Shown here: positions 26,528-32,000 of the stretch, piece by piece
Layout: each line of letters starts with the position of its first letter
How positions within the stretch are numbered: the first letter of the stretch is position 1
DNA from: Geotalea uraniireducens Rf4
GTDB lineage: Bacteria; Desulfobacterota; Desulfuromonadia; Geobacterales; Geobacteraceae
Direction of reading: 5' to 3'
Length of the DNA: 32,000 nt
Assembly (NCBI RefSeq): GCF_000016745.1
Contig: NC_009483.1
Coordinates: forward strand, 4,950,001-4,982,000
Made by a program: the position numbers and the translations under genes
Notes under the pieces: model-generated
The model's database searches: none
What the model was told of the DNA's origin: nothing
Seen by the model: the letters and a program-made list of their open reading frames with translations, nothing else

Positions 26528-27917
26528 ATCCGTCAAAGGTCCGTTTTTTATGAGTGATCCGAAGGCACATTTAACCAATATAAAAGGACAAGGCCTCCCC
26601 CCCGACCGCAAGGAGCGTCTTCTAAGCGAGTTGCATGACGAGGGCAGCCAAGACCCCGTCGACCACGCTTCAGAGGACATCAGCGGTGAGGAGCGTCTTG
26701 ACGGTTATGACAATTTCTCAGCCATTGAAGCGTCACCGACGCTGCAAGGCACCTATACCATGAGGATTCGCTCCATCGACGAATTGCTGGAGCGTGACAA
26801 GATGAGGGAAAAGGACGGTTTCCCGCGCAAAATCCGGGTGGGAAAGCTGGTCAAACCGGCTCGTGGCGGGAAGGAAAAGTTCGTGGTGGTTCCGACTACG
26901 GTCGAAGAAAAATTTCTCCATGACCGGGTCACTACGCCTACGGGTGAAGGAGAGCCGACCGGCGGAACCGGCGAAGGGGAAGAAGGTGAGGTGGTCGGCG
27001 AACAGCCGGTCCGTCCTGAAGGTGGAGAGGGTGAAGGAGCGGCAGGCGGAGGAGAAGGCGAATCCCATGAAATGGAATCGAGCGCCTACGACCTGGGAAA
27101 AATTCTCACGGAAAAATTCGAGCTTCCAAACCTCAAGGATAAGGGGAAAAAGAGCTCTCTCACCCGCTATACCTATCATCTAACCGATAAGAATCGCGGT
27201 TTCGGCCAGCTTCTCGACAAAAAAGCCACGCTGCGGAAAATTCTGGAAACCAATATCAACCTGGGCAATGTACCTGATATCACCGATATCGACACGACCC
27301 GTTTTCTGATCTCGCCCAAGGATAAGATCTATCGTATCCTCTCCAGGGAAATCGATTACGAATCGCAGGCCCTTGTTTTCTTCCTCCGTGACTATTCGGG
27401 CTCCATGGCAGGAAAGGCCTCGGAACTGGTGGTTTCCCAGCATGTAATGATCTACAGCTGGCTCCTCTATCAATTCGCCCGACAGGTCGAGTCGCGCTTC
27501 ATCCTCCACGACAACCAGGCAAAGGAAGTGCCTGATTTCCACACCTACTACAACCTGCAGGTCGCCGGTGGCACTAAAGTTGCCACCGCTTACCGCTTGG
27601 TGAACGAAATCGTTGAACGGGAAAGCCTGGCAAAAGATTACAACATCTATGTATTTCACGGCACCGACGGTGACGATTGGGACACCGAGGGGAGCGAGGC
27701 CATCCCGGAATTGAAGAAAATGCTTACCTATTCCAACAGGGTGGGAATAACCATCGCAGAACACGGTTACTCGGCTGCAGGCAACACGGAAGTGGAGCGA
27801 TACCTGAATCAATCGGGGCTGCTCAAGGAAAAACCGGAGCTGTTAAGGCTCGACGTCATGGGCGAGGACGCTGAAGAGCCGCGCCTGATCGAGGGGATCA
27901 AGAAACTTATTTCTTAG
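26517..27917 (+). CDS. DUF444 (YeaH/YhbH) protein with a vWA-like C-terminal domain
   Basis: FELPNLKDKG motif, a Gly/Glu-rich linker, and a MIDAS-like FFLRDYSGSM. The start is uncertain: ATG 26517 (overlaps the prkA stop by 11 nt), ATG 26550 or ATG 26760. None has a good SD. Confidence 0.85.
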   Translation: MKYRSVKGPFFMSDPKAHLTNIKGQGLPPDRKERLLSELHDEGSQDPVDHASEDISGEERLDGYDNFSAIEASPTLQGTYTMRIRSIDELLERDKMREKDGFPRKIRVGKLVKPARGGKEKFVVVPTTVEEKFLHDRVTTPTGEGEPTGGTGEGEEGEVVGEQPVRPEGGEGEGAAGGGEGESHEMESSAYDLGKILTEKFELPNLKDKGKKSSLTRYTYHLTDKNRGFGQLLDKKATLRKILETNINLGNVPDITDIDTTRFLISPKDKIYRILSREIDYESQALVFFLRDYSGSMAGKASELVVSQHVMIYSWLLYQFARQVESRFILHDNQAKEVPDFHTYYNLQVAGGTKVATAYRLVNEIVERESLAKDYNIYVFHGTDGDDWDTEGSEAIPELKKMLTYSNRVGITIAEHGYSAAGNTEVERYLNQSGLLKEKPELLRLDVMGEDAEEPRLIEGIKKLIS

Positions 27918-27929
27918 GAACGAGGAAAA

Positions 27930-27978
27930 AACCTTTAACCTCGAACCTCGAACCTCGAACCTCGAACCTCGAACCTGG
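27930..27978 (+). repeat. Tandem heptanucleotide repeat: (AACCTCG)x5 perfect, flanked by AACCTTT and AACCTGG
   Basis: Read directly: AACCTTT AACCTCG AACCTCG AACCTCG AACCTCG AACCTCG AACCTGG, then ATG 27979. Confidence 0.95.
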
Positions 27979-29628
27979 ATGTGGGCTATGGAACTAATTA
28001 ATCAGCATACAAAAAAGATCATGGAAGGGTGCAAGGAAAGGGCCAGGGAAGCCGGGCTGCGCTTTCAGGATGAAACCCTCGAGTATATCGTCACCAACCG
28101 GGACATGCTGGAGCTCTCCCCCAAGGTTATGATCCCGACGCTCTATGATTACTGGGTCAATGATGTTGAGGTCCTGAAAGGAAAAGGGAAATACGAACTC
28201 TACCCGCATAATCCCTACGAAACGGTCATCAACACCCACCCCCCCATATCCTTTTATAACGACAACAACCCCGACTGGCTGAACGTGATGATCTTCTACC
28301 ATGTGCTGGCGCACATCGATTTTTTTCAGAACAACCTCTTCTTTCGCCACACCTGGGACTACGACCTCACCGGCCAGGCCCTCGCCGACAAGCGGCTGAT
28401 TGCCAGGTTGAGATCGGAAAAAGGGCGTTGGGTGGATTACGTCATTGAATTCGGCCGCAGCGTCGACAATCTGGTCGGTTATTACGACGAACTCTCCCGC
28501 CTGAACCGCGCCACCATTCCATCGCTTTCGAAACGACTTGATTACTACTTCGACGTTTTTCTCCAGTCGGTCAAAAAGGTGAAGATTCACGAATACGTAC
28601 ATGAGATAGAGCGCTACAACGACTGCAAAAACAGATACGGCGAGATGGGGGAAAAATCCTTTTTTGCCGACGCTCAGAAAAAGTACCCGGAACTGGAAAC
28701 GGTCTACATCAAAAGCCTACGGACAAAGGTGACGCCGAAACTCGACCTGATGCAGCACCTGATGGAGTACTCGCCATTTCTCAACAAGGACGAAAATAAG
28801 TGGATGAAAACCGTTCTTGAAGTAGTGCGCAAAACCTCCATATATTTCCAGCCGCAGATCAGGACGAAAATAATGAACGAAGGGTGGGCCAGCTACTGGC
28901 ATGAAAAGCTCTTCCTCCAGGATGACCGGATCAAGGGACATGAGGTGGATTTCGCCCGGGTCCACGCCGGAGTTACATCTCTGCCGCGGGTGGGGCTCAA
29001 TCCTTATGCACTCGGGATGCGGCTCTTTTCAACCATCGAAGAAATGGCGGACAAGGGGAAAATATCCATAAAGTTCCAGATGCTGAAGGACAGCCACGCA
29101 CGGGAAAAATTCGATGCAGGGACCGCGGCGGGGTTGGATTATATCTTCAGGGTCAGGGAAAACTTCTGCGATTTCACGTTTATCGATACCTTTGTCGATC
29201 AGGATTTCGTCACCGGCCACAAGCTGTTTGTCGTCGACAAGAGGCTGAACCAGGGGAAAATGGTCTGGGAATATTACGTGAAGAGCCGCAAAGCCAAGGA
29301 TTACCGCAAGATGCTCATTGATACCCTCTACCATCCGCCCCGCATCGAAATTGACCCGGCAAAGGGGGAAGACGATTCCCTCTATCTCGTCCACCGCTTC
29401 GAGGAAAAGCCCCTGGTGAAGGAATTCATCGCCAACACCATGATGGGGATAGAATACCTGTGGGGGGGGACGGTCCAATTGGAGACGAGTGAAATCGAGC
29501 CCCCGGCCCAGGACATGGAAACGTATTCCGCAGCCGGCGCCAAGGAACCGCAGGTGGTCTGGCAGCGGGTCCTCTACACGATGAAGAATCGCAAGCTCTC
29601 GAAAACCTTTGTTCAGGCGGACAGCTAA
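27979..29628 (+). CDS. spoVR: SpoVR/YcgB-family protein
   Basis: Family signature NEGWASYWHE plus HVLAHIDFF. The alternative start ATG 27988 (MELINQ...) is equally possible. Confidence 0.9.
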   Translation: MWAMELINQHTKKIMEGCKERAREAGLRFQDETLEYIVTNRDMLELSPKVMIPTLYDYWVNDVEVLKGKGKYELYPHNPYETVINTHPPISFYNDNNPDWLNVMIFYHVLAHIDFFQNNLFFRHTWDYDLTGQALADKRLIARLRSEKGRWVDYVIEFGRSVDNLVGYYDELSRLNRATIPSLSKRLDYYFDVFLQSVKKVKIHEYVHEIERYNDCKNRYGEMGEKSFFADAQKKYPELETVYIKSLRTKVTPKLDLMQHLMEYSPFLNKDENKWMKTVLEVVRKTSIYFQPQIRTKIMNEGWASYWHEKLFLQDDRIKGHEVDFARVHAGVTSLPRVGLNPYALGMRLFSTIEEMADKGKISIKFQMLKDSHAREKFDAGTAAGLDYIFRVRENFCDFTFIDTFVDQDFVTGHKLFVVDKRLNQGKMVWEYYVKSRKAKDYRKMLIDTLYHPPRIEIDPAKGEDDSLYLVHRFEEKPLVKEFIANTMMGIEYLWGGTVQLETSEIEPPAQDMETYSAAGAKEPQVVWQRVLYTMKNRKLSKTFVQADS

Positions 29629-31941
29629 ATGGATGATATTTCCAAGGCAATGCAGCACATAAACCGGAGCATCACCGGCTGGAACCAGCGCGAACCCATG
29701 CCGTTCGAAGAGTTCCTCGAACTGCTCAGCGCCAATCCGACCAAGGTTATTCGCAATGTTTTCCAGGTGTTCCATGACATGATCATGAGTCACATCGGCG
29801 AAAGGGCTGACGAATATCCGGACGACCCGGAGTCCATTCATTTCGCTTCATACGACTGCTACCGGCTCTTCGTCGAGTATACCGACCACCCCTTCTTCGC
29901 CGACCGTCTCTTCGCCAATCGGTTGGTCAACCTGGTCACTTCCTGGAAACGGGGAACGCAGCAGAACAAGATCTATATTTTCGAGGGCCCACCCGGCAGC
30001 GGCAAGAGCACCTTCCTCAACAACCTGCTCTTGAAATTCGAAAAATACGCCAACACGGAGGAGGGTTTGCGCTTTGAAACGGTCTGGAGGCTCGACCGGC
30101 AACTGCTGGGCAATTTCGTCAGACACGAGACAGCCCATTTTCTCGACAAGTTGTCCAAGCTCATCGACGAATACGAATTCGACCAGAACGAGATCATCGA
30201 GGCTAAAAGCGCATTGCACGGCATGGACGACTTCGTCGAAATACCCTGCCCCAGCCACGACAACCCGATCCTCATGATCCCCAAGGATTTCAGGCGGCAA
30301 TTTTTCGACGACCTGTTCAAAAACGACGAGGTGAAATGGCGGCTGTTCACTGAAAAGGAATATGAATGGGTCTTTAAAAGCAATCCCTGCACCATCTGCA
30401 GTTCCCTCTACCAGGCGCTCCTGAGAAAATTGAAGGACCCGGCGCAGGTGCTCAAGATGGTATATGCGCACCCCTACCGCTTCAACAGGCGCCTCGGCGA
30501 AGGGATCAGCGTTTTCAACCCCGGCGACAAACCGACAAAGCAGACCGTATTCTCCAACGAGATGCTGCAAAACCGTGTAAATGCCCTGCTCAGGGACAGT
30601 AACCAGGTTAAATACATCTTTTCCCAGTATACCAAGACCAACAACGGCATTTACGCACTCATGGACATCAAGTCCCATAACACGGAACGTCTGATGGAGC
30701 TCCACAATATCATCAGCGAAGGGGTTCACAAGGTCGAAGACCTGGAAGAAAACGTAGACTCGCTCTTTATCGCCCTCATGAACCCGGAGGACAAAAAAAA
30801 CATCGAACAGTTTGCTTCATTCTCAGACCGCATCCAGTACATAAAGATCCCCTACGTGCTCGACCTGAACACCGAGGTGGAGATTTACCGGAACATTTTC
30901 GGCAAGCATATCGATGAGAGTTTTCTCCCCAGGGTCCTGCACAACTTCGCCCGGATCATCATCTCCACCCGCTTGAAGATTACATCGGAAGCCATGCAGG
31001 AATGGATCTACGAGCCGGACAGATACGGGATGTTTTGTGACGAGAACCTGCAACTCCTCAAGATGGAGATTTACACCGGCCACATCCCCCCCTGGCTTTC
31101 GGATGAAGACCGGAAGAAGTTGACGGCCAAACGGCGGCGGAAAATCATCGCCGAATCGGAAAACGAAGGTGAACACGGCTTTTCCGGCCGGGACGCCATC
31201 AATATCTTCAATGATTTCTATTCCACCTATGCGCGGAAGGACAAGCTGATCAACATGTCGATCCTGTGCAATTACTTCACTAAAGTCCGCCCGGAACTGG
31301 GCAACTCGATCCCCGAAGGGTTCACGGATTCCCTGCAGCGCCTCTACAACTTCACGGTTTTGCAGGAAGTGAAGGAATCCCTCTACTATTACAACGAGGA
31401 GCAGATTTCCCGGGAGATCATGAATTACCTCTTTGCCATAAACTTTGAACCGGGAAGGGTCGAGACCTGTAAATTCACCGGCGATAAACTTCAGATAAGC
31501 GAGAGTTTTTTCGAAGGGATAGAGAACCGGCTGCTGGGGATGGGGACGGAACCGGAAAAGCGCCTGGCCTTCCGCCGGGAAACGCAGAAAGAGTATGCGG
31601 CAAGGACATTGACCCAGGAAATGATGACGGAGGGAAAACAGATCAACGAATCAACGCTCTTTCAAGCGTTGCGTGAGCGGTACATCTTCAATCTGAAGGA
31701 AAAAGTGCTAGACCCGTTCCTGGAAAACGCCAACTTCCGGCGGGCGATAAAGGACTACGGCAAGGAGGAATTCAAGACCTACGACAAGAAGATCCGGGAC
31801 GATGTTACCTTCCTGATGAACAATCTGGGCAAGAAATACCGCTACAACAAGCATGGCGCCAGAGAAGTCTGCGTCTATGTGATCGACACCGACCTGGCGA
31901 AGAGATTCGCCAGGCATACGCAAGACCCTTTCGCCCAATAA
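29629..31941 (+). CDS. Second, divergent PrkA-like AAA+ protein (770 aa)
   Basis: Walker A IFEGPPGSGKSTFLNNL in a PrkA-AAA-like context, with a long helical C-terminal region. Its ATG abuts the spoVR stop (TAAATG). Confidence 0.75.
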   Translation: MDDISKAMQHINRSITGWNQREPMPFEEFLELLSANPTKVIRNVFQVFHDMIMSHIGERADEYPDDPESIHFASYDCYRLFVEYTDHPFFADRLFANRLVNLVTSWKRGTQQNKIYIFEGPPGSGKSTFLNNLLLKFEKYANTEEGLRFETVWRLDRQLLGNFVRHETAHFLDKLSKLIDEYEFDQNEIIEAKSALHGMDDFVEIPCPSHDNPILMIPKDFRRQFFDDLFKNDEVKWRLFTEKEYEWVFKSNPCTICSSLYQALLRKLKDPAQVLKMVYAHPYRFNRRLGEGISVFNPGDKPTKQTVFSNEMLQNRVNALLRDSNQVKYIFSQYTKTNNGIYALMDIKSHNTERLMELHNIISEGVHKVEDLEENVDSLFIALMNPEDKKNIEQFASFSDRIQYIKIPYVLDLNTEVEIYRNIFGKHIDESFLPRVLHNFARIIISTRLKITSEAMQEWIYEPDRYGMFCDENLQLLKMEIYTGHIPPWLSDEDRKKLTAKRRRKIIAESENEGEHGFSGRDAINIFNDFYSTYARKDKLINMSILCNYFTKVRPELGNSIPEGFTDSLQRLYNFTVLQEVKESLYYYNEEQISREIMNYLFAINFEPGRVETCKFTGDKLQISESFFEGIENRLLGMGTEPEKRLAFRRETQKEYAARTLTQEMMTEGKQINESTLFQALRERYIFNLKEKVLDPFLENANFRRAIKDYGKEEFKTYDKKIRDDVTFLMNNLGKKYRYNKHGAREVCVYVIDTDLAKRFARHTQDPFAQ

Positions 31942-32000
31942 GCGGGAAGATAACCCTACATTTCCACTCTGGTCACCACCCCTTGCAACTTGCTCGCCGG

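Noticed and set aside
27930-27978. Whether the heptamer array could be a CRISPR or minisatellite-type mobile feature.
   Set aside because: The units are contiguous 7-mers with no spacers and no cas genes. It is reported as a simple tandem repeat instead.

Overview
About 55% GC chromosomal window. Gene content and order resemble a Geobacter/Desulfuromonadales-type deltaproteobacterium, but that is inference from gene families only. Most of it is core: rnd, a zinc-ribbon acidic protein, rsmE-prmA, an M20 amidohydrolase, a PpsR-like regulator, an OmpR-type regulator with its HAMP histidine kinase and HtrA/DegP, recQ, a DUF4118-like membrane protein, an MFS-plsC pair, DAHP synthase, two tandem DUF507 genes plus a lipoprotein, groES-groEL with a textbook CIRCE operator, and a tight four-gene prkA / DUF444(yeaH) / spoVR / second prkA-like cluster. 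The accessory part is a roughly 5 kb island at about 14.5-19.4 kb holding a decayed type I restriction-modification locus. In it, hsdM and hsdS are collapsed to a ~200 bp scar, and hsdR has a 5' frameshift and lacks helicase motifs II-IV. An AlbA_2/Schlafen-like + HATPase_c_4 + wHTH gene between them is fully intact, as is a small ORF flanked by ~50 bp direct repeats and preceded by 11-bp-phased TGGGCGATA sites. This intact pair is my best candidate for an uncharacterised system, though the evidence is contextual only. Other unannotated signals are a ~180 nt rod-like, 6S-RNA-like sRNA with its own terminator downstream of the DAHP synthase gene. There is also a CCTCGNN heptamer unit that occurs as a 5-7 copy tandem array directly upstream of spoVR and as a 3+3 inverted array between the DUF507 paralogs. 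I saw no rRNA, tRNA, CRISPR array, transposase or integrase.
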